A DNA stretch of 64,000 nt from Acidobacteriota bacterium. Its GTDB lineage: Bacteria; Acidobacteriota; CAIWXX01. Every line of letters starts with the position of its first letter. Position 1 is the first letter of the stretch. The notes beneath the pieces were generated by a model. The model searched no databases, had not been told where the DNA came from, and saw only the letters and a program-made list of their open reading frames with translations. The DNA is taken from the NCBI GenBank assembly GCA_040755995.1, contig JBFMAF010000016.1, positions 32,001 through 96,000 on the forward strand, given 5' to 3'. Position numbers and translations under genes: made by a program. Below, one piece after another: positions 1 through 9,230 of the stretch.

Positions 1-1
1 C

Positions 2-493
2 CTCCCCTTCGCCGGCTTCGGCGCGCTGCTGACGCTGCTCGTATTCCGGACCGACCTTTCGATCTACGCGTTCGTCGGCGTCATCATGCTCGTCGGACTG
101 GTCAAGAAGAACGGCATCATCATGATCGACTTCGCGATCGAAGCGCAGCGAACCAGGGGCCTGGCGCCCGTCGATGCCATCTACGACGCGTGCGTCGTGC
201 GCTTCCGCCCGATCATGATGACCACCATGGCGGCCCTGATGGGCACGCTCCCGATCGCCATGGGCTTCGGCGCCGGCGCCGAGAGCCGGCAGCCGCTCGG
301 CCTTGCCGTAGTCGGAGGACTGCTCTTCAGCCAGTTCCTCACGCTGTTCGTGACACCGGTCTTCTATCTCTACATGGAGTCCTTCCGCAACAGACTGCAC
401 CGCTGGTCTTCCCGTGGCAAGCCGGAGCCGGAGATCGAGGAGCGGGAGCGGTCGCGGGAAGAAGAGCTCCAGGCGGCATCGCGACGGAACTGA
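2..493 (+). CDS. RND efflux transporter permease (MdtB/MdtC/AcrB family), C-terminal part; 5' end outside window
   Basis: Frame open from base 2 (LPFAGFGALLTLL...GVIMLVGLVKKNGIIMIDF...RFRPIMMTTMAALMGTLP...LTLFVTPVFY), matching canonical AcrB/Mdt C-terminal motifs. Confidence 0.93.
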   Translation, partial: LPFAGFGALLTLLVFRTDLSIYAFVGVIMLVGLVKKNGIIMIDFAIEAQRTRGLAPVDAIYDACVVRFRPIMMTTMAALMGTLPIAMGFGAGAESRQPLGLAVVGGLLFSQFLTLFVTPVFYLYMESFRNRLHRWSSRGKPEPEIEERERSREEELQAASRRN

Positions 494-705
494 GCGGTCC
501 GCGTGCGGCGGATCCGTTCACACCGGAGCCCGCGCCGACCAGGTCAAGGACGATGCCGCCGCTCCGCGGAAGCCGATCGATTCCGCCGCGGCCCCGGAGC
601 GGTTCGGCTCCTTGCCCAGGCGGCTGCTGACGCCGATGGCGCCGATGGCGGGGTCGCCTCGTCATGGCCCTCCGATTCATGTATGATCGATCTCGATGGT
701 TTCAC

Positions 706-939
706 ATGACAGCCATACGGGTCGTCTTCGACGAGCAGCTTCTTGCGTTGCTCGACCGTGATCCTGCGGTGCAACGCGATGGGCGATCCGCTGTGCTGCG
801 CCGGGCGGCGGCCGAGTACCTTCGCCTCAGCCGCGCACGGCGGGTGGACAGGGAATACGAGAGGGCCTATCGAGATGCCTCTGGCGTAGCACCGGAGTTC
901 GCGGGATGGGAGGACGAGAGTTCATGGCCGGGGAACTGA
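706..939 (+). CDS. Ribbon-helix-helix (CopG-like) antitoxin-type protein, orphan
   Basis: MTAIRVVFDEQLLALLD...RSAVLRRAAAEYL...YERAY...WP; RHH pattern typical of antitoxins paired with MazF/PemK; no toxin follows. Confidence 0.7.
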   Translation: MTAIRVVFDEQLLALLDRDPAVQRDGRSAVLRRAAAEYLRLSRARRVDREYERAYRDASGVAPEFAGWEDESSWPGN

Positions 940-3650
940 ATAGCGCTGTTCCACTCATCGCCCTCTGCCTGCTAATGACGCCGGGTCTCTCTCGCTCTCA
1001 GAACCTCGTGACCAATGGCGGGTTCGAGAACGGAACCACAGGATGGGAGGGCGGCCTCATCGACAAGACCAGCCCGCACTCAGGGAAGGCCTGCCTGCGC
1101 GTGGACGACGACAGCCCCCGTGAGGACATCGCGGCCTACACACCCGGCATCATCCCGGTCACGCACGGGCGCGCATATCTGTTCGAGGTCTGGTGTCGCT
1201 GCCCCCAGGACGATCAGGAGCTGCTGGTCTCGCTCAACCAGTACGACGGGAGTGGCGACTGGATCAGCGGCAACAACCAGGACTTCGTGGTCGTGCCTGG
1301 CACGACCTGGAAACGGTTCCGCATTGCAGTCCGCGCATTCCACCCGGACACCGCCGGCCTGGCCATCTTCCTCAGGCCGGTCCTCTGGACCGAGTCGGGC
1401 GATCTGACGGGAACGGCCTGGTTCGACGATGTGCGATTCACGGAGCAGGCGATCGAGGCGGAGGTCCGCGGGGTCTGGATCAAGAAAGACGGGGGCGTCG
1501 CAGCGTGGCTTTCGCCGGTCGAGCAGAAGGTGCGGCGCGATGCCGTGCTGGACCCGTCCGCCGGTGCCCGGAAAGAAATCGCAATTGCAGCGGCCGCCGG
1601 AGAATTCGAGCCCTTCCAGCTGGTGCTTGCCCCCCGATCGAAGGACGAGGTGATCGAGGTCTCGCCGGGCGATCTGCGCGGGCCCGGGGGTGCTGTGGTC
1701 GCCGGCTCGGAACTGAAAGTCCACGAGGTCGCCTACGTTAGCGTCACCCAGCCGACCGACGTCGCATCCCTCACCGGCTGGACCCCGGACCCGCTACCTC
1801 TGTTCCGCGCGCCGTTGCCGCTCACTCCAGGCGCGCAGCAGCCGCTATGGTTCGACGTCCACGTGCCCTCCGCAGCGACGCCGGGCGAGTATCGCGGGAC
1901 CGTGCTCATACGATTCAGGTCGGGTGCGCGCGTCGTTATCCCTGTCCGCCTGCGCGTATGGGACTTCGACATGCCGCGTGAGCGGCATCTGCGCACGGCC
2001 TACGGGCTCTGGCTCGATCTGATAGACCGCTACCATCACCTGGGGAACAGCGTTGACAAGCGCCGGCGGACCCTCAGGCTCTATCTCCGCGACTTCGCCG
2101 ATCACCGGATCAGTACTTACAACCCGTTCGGCGACGACGGGTTCGAGGTGTCGGTGCCCGGCTGGAACTGGATGGACGGGAAGATCGTCCCCGATCCGGA
2201 CGCGCCCGGGTTGGGAAACTGCGTTCTCGAGGTGAATGACGATGACTCGGAGGTCGCGGTATCGGTCCGATCCGAGATCGCTGTCGCGGTTCGGCACGGC
2301 GTCGGCTACGCGCTCCGCTGGCGGGCGCACACCGACGGTGCTCACGATTACCTCGTCTCGGTCAACCAGTACGACTGGAAGAAGCGCTGGATACCCGGCC
2401 ACAACATCGACTTCCAGAGGACAGGAGCGGGAGAATGGCAGTCGGGCTCGGCCGAGGTCTCCGCCGGCGAGATCACACGATCGACGGCATTCCTGCGTAT
2501 TCACCTCTACGCGCGCCGCTGGACCGAGGAAGGAGAGCTTACGGGACGCACCTGGTTCGATGACGTTGCGATGGTCGAAAGCGGCACCACTGCCAATCTC
2601 GTCGCAAACGGCGACTTCCAGCTCACGCCCGAGCAGGCCGAGATCCGCGTCGATTTCTCGCGATTCGACCAGGCGGCGGAGTACGCGCTCGACGAGCTGG
2701 GTTCCGACTCATTCATGCTAGATCTGCCTCACTTCGCCTCCGGCTGGCTCGGCGAATACTACCTCCCGCGATTCCTCGGTTACGACTGGGGGACGGCGGA
2801 GTACGAGGCGGCGTTCGGCCGCATGCTCAGGATCATCACCGACCACCTGGCGGCCCGCGGCTGGCTTGACCGCGCCTACACATACTGGTACGACGAGCCA
2901 GAGCCGGAAACGTACCCGGTCGTAGTGGAAGGGATGCAGATCCTGCATCGTGCCGAACCAAGGCTGCAACGGCTGCTGACCGAGCAGTTTGAGCCAAAGC
3001 TCGCCGGTCACGTCGACATATGGTCGCCGGTCCTCGACTTGTTCAGACGGGATTGGGCGCAAGAGCGGCAGGCAGCGGGCGAAGAAGTCTGGTGGTACGT
3101 TTGCACCGGGCCGAAGGCACCGTACCCCAACGACTTCATCGACCACCCGGGCATAGAACACCGCATCCGGTACTGGATGGCCTGGCACTACAAGGTGCAG
3201 GGAGACCTGTTCTGGCAGACCAACTACTGGACGTGCGACGAGGTCTTCCCTCGATCGAAACCGCAGGATCCGTGGATCGATCCCCAGAGCTACAACTCGG
3301 ATGGCGTGTGGGGAAACGGGGACGGGCGCCTTCTCTATCCTCCGCGCAACTGGAAGGATGGGAAGGAACGAATCGAGGGTCCGACGCCGTCGATCCGATG
3401 GGAGCTCATACGCGAAGGGATCGAGGACTACGAGTACTTCTGGCTGCTCAAGGATTGCGCCGACCGCCTCGAACGACTCCACAAAGCACCCGGTATCGTC
3501 CGCCGCGCACGCGACTTGGCCGCGATCCCCTCGAGTGTGTTCAAGTCAACAACTGAGTACACGGACGACCCCGTCCTTCTGCACACCTATCGCCAGTCTG
3601 TGGCCGAGACAATCGAGGACGCAATCCGCGCCATGGGTGCCGGGCGATAG
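924..3650 (+). CDS. Secreted glycoside hydrolase, GH123/DUF4091-like, with two CBM4/9-like domains
   Basis: Signal-like N-terminus; NLVTNGGFE...WFDDV carbohydrate-binding repeats; GEFEPFQLV, YWYDEP, WWYVC and GNGDGRLLYP..PSIRWELIREGIEDYEY (DUF4091) motifs. Confidence 0.8.
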   Translation: MAGELNSAVPLIALCLLMTPGLSRSQNLVTNGGFENGTTGWEGGLIDKTSPHSGKACLRVDDDSPREDIAAYTPGIIPVTHGRAYLFEVWCRCPQDDQELLVSLNQYDGSGDWISGNNQDFVVVPGTTWKRFRIAVRAFHPDTAGLAIFLRPVLWTESGDLTGTAWFDDVRFTEQAIEAEVRGVWIKKDGGVAAWLSPVEQKVRRDAVLDPSAGARKEIAIAAAAGEFEPFQLVLAPRSKDEVIEVSPGDLRGPGGAVVAGSELKVHEVAYVSVTQPTDVASLTGWTPDPLPLFRAPLPLTPGAQQPLWFDVHVPSAATPGEYRGTVLIRFRSGARVVIPVRLRVWDFDMPRERHLRTAYGLWLDLIDRYHHLGNSVDKRRRTLRLYLRDFADHRISTYNPFGDDGFEVSVPGWNWMDGKIVPDPDAPGLGNCVLEVNDDDSEVAVSVRSEIAVAVRHGVGYALRWRAHTDGAHDYLVSVNQYDWKKRWIPGHNIDFQRTGAGEWQSGSAEVSAGEITRSTAFLRIHLYARRWTEEGELTGRTWFDDVAMVESGTTANLVANGDFQLTPEQAEIRVDFSRFDQAAEYALDELGSDSFMLDLPHFASGWLGEYYLPRFLGYDWGTAEYEAAFGRMLRIITDHLAARGWLDRAYTYWYDEPEPETYPVVVEGMQILHRAEPRLQRLLTEQFEPKLAGHVDIWSPVLDLFRRDWAQERQAAGEEVWWYVCTGPKAPYPNDFIDHPGIEHRIRYWMAWHYKVQGDLFWQTNYWTCDEVFPRSKPQDPWIDPQSYNSDGVWGNGDGRLLYPPRNWKDGKERIEGPTPSIRWELIREGIEDYEYFWLLKDCADRLERLHKAPGIVRRARDLAAIPSSVFKSTTEYTDDPVLLHTYRQSVAETIEDAIRAMGAGR

Positions 3651-3707
3651 CTCACACCAGCGGTGGTTGCTGCTGCGGCCGCTGGTGCACGCTCACGGAA
3701 GTCACTT

Positions 3708-3770
3708 TCTACCCTCCACTCTCTACTCTCTACGCGAGGCGCGGCCGAGGGCGCGCGCCTGCGCCTCGTC
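3708..3770. repeat. REP-like element: (CTCTCCA)n tract plus CTACGCGAGGC palindromic arm
   Basis: Related copies at 5388-5444 (opposite orientation) and 10178-10252. Confidence 0.5.
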
Positions 3771-3775
3771 CACGT

Positions 3776-3804
3776 TTGACCCTCCGTAAGCGCTATGCTA
3801 CGCT
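3776..3804 (+). promoter_or_regulatory. Putative sigma70 promoter of the ABC operon
   Basis: TTGACC (3776-3781), 17 bp spacer, TACGCT (3799-3804) with an extended -10 TG. Confidence 0.5.
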
Positions 3805-3833
3805 TCCGATATTGTTTTTCGAGGAGGCCTGAC

Positions 3834-5387
3834 GTGTCGGACGGTGAATTCAAGGTAAGCAAGGTCAAGCTCGTGATCGTGCTGCTCGTGCTCGCCGCGA
3901 GCGGCTACGCGATCTATGTTCGGTACGTGGAGCCGCGTCTCAAGACGAAGGAAGGCCTGACCAAGATCCTCAAGACCTCGAAGTTCTCCGAGGCCGAGAC
4001 GCTGAGAGTGGCGCACAACGTCTGGTCCGGTTACAACATCAACTTCCTGATCAAGGCGCTGGGGTACGATCAGCAGGCCGGCTTCAACCTGGACGTTCAA
4101 ATCGAGAACGACCCCGACAAGGCGTACGCGATGCTGGAGGACGGCGAGATCGACGTGAACGGGACCACCATCGACATGTTTGTCGGGCAGGCCGGCAAGC
4201 GCGATCCCGGCGTGTTGCTGTTCAAGGTCGACGACTCCGACGGCGGCGACGCCCTCGTGGTCAATCGGGAAAAGATAAAAACGTTGAACGACCTCATCGG
4301 AAAGAAGGTCTCCTACGAGGAGGGTTCTCCGTCGCAGTACTTCCTGTTGTACCTGCTCCATATCGGAGGCCTCTCCGGGCGCGACATAGAGCCAAAGACC
4401 ATGCCGGTGCCGGAGGCATTCGAGAAGTTCAAGAGCCGCGACGTTGACGCGATCGTCACCTATGAGCCCTACGCTTCCCAGGCGGCAGGACTCCCCTTCG
4501 GCTACAAGCTCCTCACCACGAAAGACGCCAAGAACCTGATCATGGACATCAACTGCGCGAGCCGCAAAGCGATCCTGGACAAGCCCGACATGCTCAAGAA
4601 ATATACGGACGCCTGGTTCCGGGCCTTACGGTACATGCAGGCCAATCCGCGTGAAGCGTACGCCAAGATGGGCGAGCAGGGAGTGCAGGAGTCGCCCGAC
4701 GTCCTCGCCGAGATCTTCTCCGGGATTCACTTCACGACACTCGAAGAGAACAAGGACTGGCTGGGGCTCACTCAGGGAAAGGTCGAACAGGCCAGCCCCG
4801 TCATCAAGATCGCGGAAAAGATCTGGATGAACGAAGGTCGCCTTACGCAGCCGATCGAAGCGGCCAAGCTGGTGAATACTACGTTCGTAGAATCGATCGG
4901 CGCCGCCAAGGGAGAGGAACTGTACGCGGGGATCAAGACGACGGTCGAAAAGGAAAAGCTCGCGCCCACGGCCCCCGTGGAGAGGCCGGTCGCGCCGATG
5001 TCGTTCGATCAGGCAGAGCGCAGCGAGAAGATCGTGCAGCTGCGGGTGGACAAGATCTATTTCCCGAGCGGGAGCGCGAAGCTGGACCCGAACGCGCAGG
5101 CAATTCTGGACGGGGTCGGCGAAACGCTGCAGAACTTCCCCCACCTCTACCTGATCATCGACGGGCACACCGATGACGTGGGCGACCTGAACGGGAACCG
5201 GCGCCTGTCCCAGGCCAGGGCGGACTCGGTAGCCAACTACCTCGCCGCCAAGTTCGGCTTCGACCGCAACCGCCTGGTGCCGCGCGGCTTCGGCGAGGAC
5301 CGCCCGATCGGGGACAACGCCACAGACGAGGGCCGCGCCCGGAACCGCCGCACGGAGTTCAGGCTGGCCCGCCAGAGCGCCGGCTAG
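3834..5387 (+). CDS. NMT1/SsuA-like ABC substrate-binding protein fused to a C-terminal OmpA peptidoglycan-binding domain
   Basis: GTG start after AGGAGG; N-terminal TM anchor; DDSDGGDALVV and DAIVTYEPY; OmpA motifs IYFPSGSAKL, IDGHTDDVG, NRRLSQARA, GRARNRRTEF. Confidence 0.88.
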   Translation: MSDGEFKVSKVKLVIVLLVLAASGYAIYVRYVEPRLKTKEGLTKILKTSKFSEAETLRVAHNVWSGYNINFLIKALGYDQQAGFNLDVQIENDPDKAYAMLEDGEIDVNGTTIDMFVGQAGKRDPGVLLFKVDDSDGGDALVVNREKIKTLNDLIGKKVSYEEGSPSQYFLLYLLHIGGLSGRDIEPKTMPVPEAFEKFKSRDVDAIVTYEPYASQAAGLPFGYKLLTTKDAKNLIMDINCASRKAILDKPDMLKKYTDAWFRALRYMQANPREAYAKMGEQGVQESPDVLAEIFSGIHFTTLEENKDWLGLTQGKVEQASPVIKIAEKIWMNEGRLTQPIEAAKLVNTTFVESIGAAKGEELYAGIKTTVEKEKLAPTAPVERPVAPMSFDQAERSEKIVQLRVDKIYFPSGSAKLDPNAQAILDGVGETLQNFPHLYLIIDGHTDDVGDLNGNRRLSQARADSVANYLAAKFGFDRNRLVPRGFGEDRPIGDNATDEGRARNRRTEFRLARQSAG

Positions 5388-5444
5388 CGAGGCGCGGCCT
5401 CGCGTAGCGAGTGGAGAGTGGAGAGTAGGGAGTGGAGAGTGGGG
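5388..5444. repeat. REP-like element (GCGAGGCGCGGCCTCGC palindrome plus GAGTGGA tandem tract)
   Basis: Inverted copy of the element at 3708-3770. Confidence 0.55.
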
Positions 5445-5544
5445 GACGCGGTGGGCGGACATGGGCCACTTCACCGCGTCCGCTACGAACTGGAACGGCC
5501 CTGAGGCTGAAACGAACTTTTGAACTATCGATAGGAGGAACCAA

Positions 5545-6519
5545 ATGAGAAGGAGCATGGTGGTCGTTGCCATTGCGCTCGTCGTAGCGACGGTTGTGTT
5601 CGCCCAGTCCAAGCCGGCGCTCAAGATCGCGTTCAACACTTGGGTTGGCTACGGCCCGCTGTACATCGCGCAGGACAAGGGATTCTTCGATCAGCTCGGA
5701 ATCGAGGTCCGGATGACGAGGATCGAGGATACGGCGAGCAAGGGCGCGACGCTCAAGGCCAAGCGCCTTGACGGAGTGGGCACCACCGCCGACTCGCAGG
5801 TCATCGCCGCGTCGCAGGGAATCCCGGGGATCATCTGCCTGGCGATGGATGAGTCGGCGGGCGCCGACGGGGTCATCGCCGTCAACACCGTCGCCAGCGT
5901 GAAGGATCTGAAAGGGAGATCTGTGGCGGTGCAACAGGGCTTCGTCGGACACTTCTTCCTGCTCTACCTGCTCGACGAGGCCGGACTGAGCCCGAAGGAT
6001 ATCGTCGTTCAGGACATGGAGACGGACCAGGCCGGCGCTGCCTTCGTCGCGAAGAAAGTAGATGCCGCGGTGACCTGGGAGCCATGGCTCTCCAAGACGA
6101 AGGAGCGGGCAGACGCCCATGTCGTGATAACGAGCAAGGACAAGCCCGGCTTGATCGTCGATGTCCTCGCGATGCGCGACGATGTCATCAAGAACCGCCC
6201 GGAGGACGTGAAGAAGCTGATCCAGGGCTGGTACATGGGCGTCGACTACTGGAAGAAGAACCAGGCGGATGGTAACGCGATCATCGCCAAGAATTTCGGC
6301 CTGGAGACTGGAGCTGTCGCCGAAATGCTCTCCGGCGTCAACCTCTTCGACGCCAGAGGCAACCTCGACTATTTCGGCACGGCCGCGGCTCCCGGGCAGA
6401 TCTACAAGGTGGTGGCGAAGGCCAACGAGGTCTGGCAGAAGGCCGGATTGATGAAGGTCTCGGTCGATACCAAGAAGATAGTTGACGGTTCACTCGTGAA
6501 CCAGATCGGCGCGAAGTAG
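5545..6519 (+). CDS. ABC transporter substrate-binding protein (NitT/TauT, SsuA/NMT1 family)
   Basis: AGGAGG RBS; signal peptide; WVGYGPLYIA, DESAGADGVIA, DAAVTWEPWLS. Confidence 0.92.
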   Translation: MRRSMVVVAIALVVATVVFAQSKPALKIAFNTWVGYGPLYIAQDKGFFDQLGIEVRMTRIEDTASKGATLKAKRLDGVGTTADSQVIAASQGIPGIICLAMDESAGADGVIAVNTVASVKDLKGRSVAVQQGFVGHFFLLYLLDEAGLSPKDIVVQDMETDQAGAAFVAKKVDAAVTWEPWLSKTKERADAHVVITSKDKPGLIVDVLAMRDDVIKNRPEDVKKLIQGWYMGVDYWKKNQADGNAIIAKNFGLETGAVAEMLSGVNLFDARGNLDYFGTAAAPGQIYKVVAKANEVWQKAGLMKVSVDTKKIVDGSLVNQIGAK

Positions 6520-6697
6520 GCCCGGCCAGAGGAGCCTTTCGGCGGCACACGGTGGCGCGGAGAGAACCGGACGGTCGGCGCGGAACGATCTGCCTCCTCC
6601 GTTTCTCCGCGTCCCCGTCTCCCCGTGTCTCCGCGTCGGTTGCACGGTTGAAGATGGGTCCTGCCGCCTCACGCAGTAGCGCGGGCCGGGGCCTGGC

Positions 6698-7483
6698 ATG
6701 AAGATCCGCGAGCCGATCTCCCATCGGAGGTACATCGGGCTGTCGCTGGTCCCGTTCGTTCTGGTCCTGGTCCTCTGGTCTGCACTTACTTACACCGGCC
6801 TCGTTCAGCCGTTCTTCCTCCCGTCACCGACCTCGGTTCTCAGCAGTCTCTTAGACGTTGCCAGGACGGGCCAGATCTTCCGCGACATGTGGGACTCGAC
6901 CTTCCGCGTCGTCATGGCCTTCCTGATATCGGTTGTGCTGGCAGTGCCGCTCGGCATCCTGGTCGGCTGCTATCTGGTCTTCGAGGCCCTCGCCGAGCCG
7001 ATCAACAACCTGATCCGATACCTGCCCGTGGTATCGTTCATCCCGCTCTGCATACTCTGGATCGGCATCGATGACGAAGAGAAGATCGCCGTCATCTTCC
7101 TGGGGACGTTTTTCCAGCTGCTGGTGCTCGTGGCGGACTCCGCGCGTTCGGTGCCGCAGGAACTGCTGAACACCGCTTACACCCTGGGGGCGCGCCAGCA
7201 TCAGGCGATTCTCAAGGTGGTCTTGCCCGCCTGCCTGCCGCAGATTTACGACGCGCTGCGCGTTTCGATGGGCTGGGCATGGTCCTACCTCGTGGTCGCC
7301 GAGATCGTGGCGGCTACCAGCGGCGTCGGGCACTTCATAATCCAGAGCCAGCGCTTCCTCGAGACCGCCAACGTCATCGCCGGTATCCTGGTGATCGGTG
7401 TTCTGGGACTCGCCTTCGATATGTTCTTCAAGTACACTGCCCTTTGGTTCTTCCCGTGGAATGTGAAGAAAACAACTTCTTGA
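6698..7483 (+). CDS. ABC transporter permease (NitT/TauT family)
   Basis: Hydrophobic; FLPSP, EAA-like loop (ELLNTAYTLGA), GWAWSYLVVAEIV. Confidence 0.93.
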   Translation: MKIREPISHRRYIGLSLVPFVLVLVLWSALTYTGLVQPFFLPSPTSVLSSLLDVARTGQIFRDMWDSTFRVVMAFLISVVLAVPLGILVGCYLVFEALAEPINNLIRYLPVVSFIPLCILWIGIDDEEKIAVIFLGTFFQLLVLVADSARSVPQELLNTAYTLGARQHQAILKVVLPACLPQIYDALRVSMGWAWSYLVVAEIVAATSGVGHFIIQSQRFLETANVIAGILVIGVLGLAFDMFFKYTALWFFPWNVKKTTS

Positions 7484-7523
7484 TGATCCCACGACAGGTC
7501 CCCTGGGCAGGCGGGCACGCGAC

Positions 7524-8276
7524 ATGAAGCTGGAGATCCGTTCAGTCGGGAAGGTCTATGAGACGCTGAAGGGGCAGGCCGTCATTGCGCTCAAGGACAT
7601 CAACCTGGAAATCCATCAGAACACGTTCACCGTGCTCGTGGGACCCTCCGGGTGCGGCAAGAGCACGCTGCTCAAGATCGTGGCCGGTCTGGAGCGCGCG
7701 AGCTCGGGCCAGGTGCTCCTCGACGGCCGGGAGATCACCGGGCCTGGCGCTGACCGCGGCATGGTTTTCCAGGCGTACACGCCGTTCGCATGGCGCACAG
7801 TCCTGGAGAACATAACCTTCGGGCTCGAGCTGAAGAAGATCGACCGCGAGCGGGCGCGCGAAACAGCGCAGCGGTTCATCCAGCTCATGGGGCTCGCGGG
7901 GTTCGAGAATGCTTACCCGCGCGAGCTGTCGGGCGGCATGCTGCAGCGCGTCGCGATCGCGCGCGCGCTGGCCAACGAGCCGGCGCTGCTGCTGATGGAT
8001 GAGCCTTTCGGAGCGCTCGACGCGCAGACTCGCGAGAAGATGCAGGAGCTGCTCCTGAAGGTCGACCGCACGACCCGCACGACGGTGCTCTTCGTTACGC
8101 ACGATCTGGACGAGGCTCTGTTCCTGGGCGAGAAGATCGTAGTTATGGGCAAGAATCCCGGCCACATCGCCGCGGTTTACGACGCGCCGGTGACCAATGA
8201 GCTCACCGACAAGCTCGAAGACAAGTTCATCGGTCTGAAGCGCAAGCTCCTTGAAATCTTCGCCACTTTCGGGTAG
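7524..8276 (+). CDS. ABC transporter ATP-binding protein (NitT/TauT family)
   Basis: Walker A GPSGCGKST, LSGGMLQR signature, LLMDEPFGALD, VTHD. Confidence 0.96.
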   Translation: MKLEIRSVGKVYETLKGQAVIALKDINLEIHQNTFTVLVGPSGCGKSTLLKIVAGLERASSGQVLLDGREITGPGADRGMVFQAYTPFAWRTVLENITFGLELKKIDRERARETAQRFIQLMGLAGFENAYPRELSGGMLQRVAIARALANEPALLLMDEPFGALDAQTREKMQELLLKVDRTTRTTVLFVTHDLDEALFLGEKIVVMGKNPGHIAAVYDAPVTNELTDKLEDKFIGLKRKLLEIFATFG

Positions 8277-8288
8277 CGTCCTGTAGTA

Positions 8289-9134
8289 ATGGAGTTCCAG
8301 CAGCGGATTCGCAGGTCCCTTGTCAGGGCCGCGCTCAATTCCACTACCTCCTGGGTCATCATCGGCACGACGCTCGCGCTGAGCATCGGTCTTCAGGACC
8401 CGTTCATTCTGTTCTTCGGCGCAGCCGCCGAGACTCTGGCCGTGATGACGATGCTGAACAGCAAGAAGTTCACGGGCAAGGTGCTCGGGCGGTTCGAGGA
8501 GCAGCAGAATCGGGAAAAGCAGCTGAAGTTCGAGGCGATCGTGAAGCAGAGCGATCCGGAGACCCGCCAGCGGTACTTCGACATCGTGCAGAGCTCGCAG
8601 GAAATCGAACGGCTGTCGCAGGAGGGGGACTCGGCTTTCCTGTCGACGGGCCTTTCGGCGACCATAAGCCAGCTGCAGATGCTCAGGGAGAAGTCGGCGA
8701 ACCTGATGGAGAAGCGGCTGCTCATCCGCAAGTACCTGGTGAGGGTGGACCTGAGCGCGATGGAGCGCGAGTGCCAGAAGCTGGAGCGGAACGTGGCAGT
8801 GATCCAGGATCCGGTTGCGAAGAAGCAGTTCCAGCAGTCCCTCACGCTGAAGAGACAGGAGCTGGAGACGTACCGGTCCATGTTTGTCGCCTTGCAGCGG
8901 ATCGACGGCCAGCTCGAGCAGATCTCATCCACGCTCTCGTCCCTCAAGGGCAAGATCGTGCTGCTCAAGACCTCCGAGGTCACCACCGAAGGCGGCTATG
9001 ACAAGATGGGCGAGGAGCTGAAGGCGCTGGTGGGAGATGTGGAGCTCATGGAGAGCTCCGTTGCTGATGCGGCCGCCCTCGAAGCGACGGCGCTTTCCAC
9101 AAGCCGGAGGCCGCCGCAGAGAATCGTGCACTGA
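8289..9134 (+). CDS. Membrane-anchored coiled-coil hypothetical protein
   Basis: Two N-terminal hydrophobic helices then a long heptad-rich helical region; 12 bp after the ATPase. Confidence 0.75.
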   Translation: MEFQQRIRRSLVRAALNSTTSWVIIGTTLALSIGLQDPFILFFGAAAETLAVMTMLNSKKFTGKVLGRFEEQQNREKQLKFEAIVKQSDPETRQRYFDIVQSSQEIERLSQEGDSAFLSTGLSATISQLQMLREKSANLMEKRLLIRKYLVRVDLSAMERECQKLERNVAVIQDPVAKKQFQQSLTLKRQELETYRSMFVALQRIDGQLEQISSTLSSLKGKIVLLKTSEVTTEGGYDKMGEELKALVGDVELMESSVADAAALEATALSTSRRPPQRIVH

Positions 9135-9230
9135 GACGGATACGACGCCTTCGAATGACGGGCGGAGAGGCACGGAAGACGGTCTGTGCGGTCGAGGGCG
9201 ATGAGCATGGGTGAGAAGAAGGGGGTTGAG

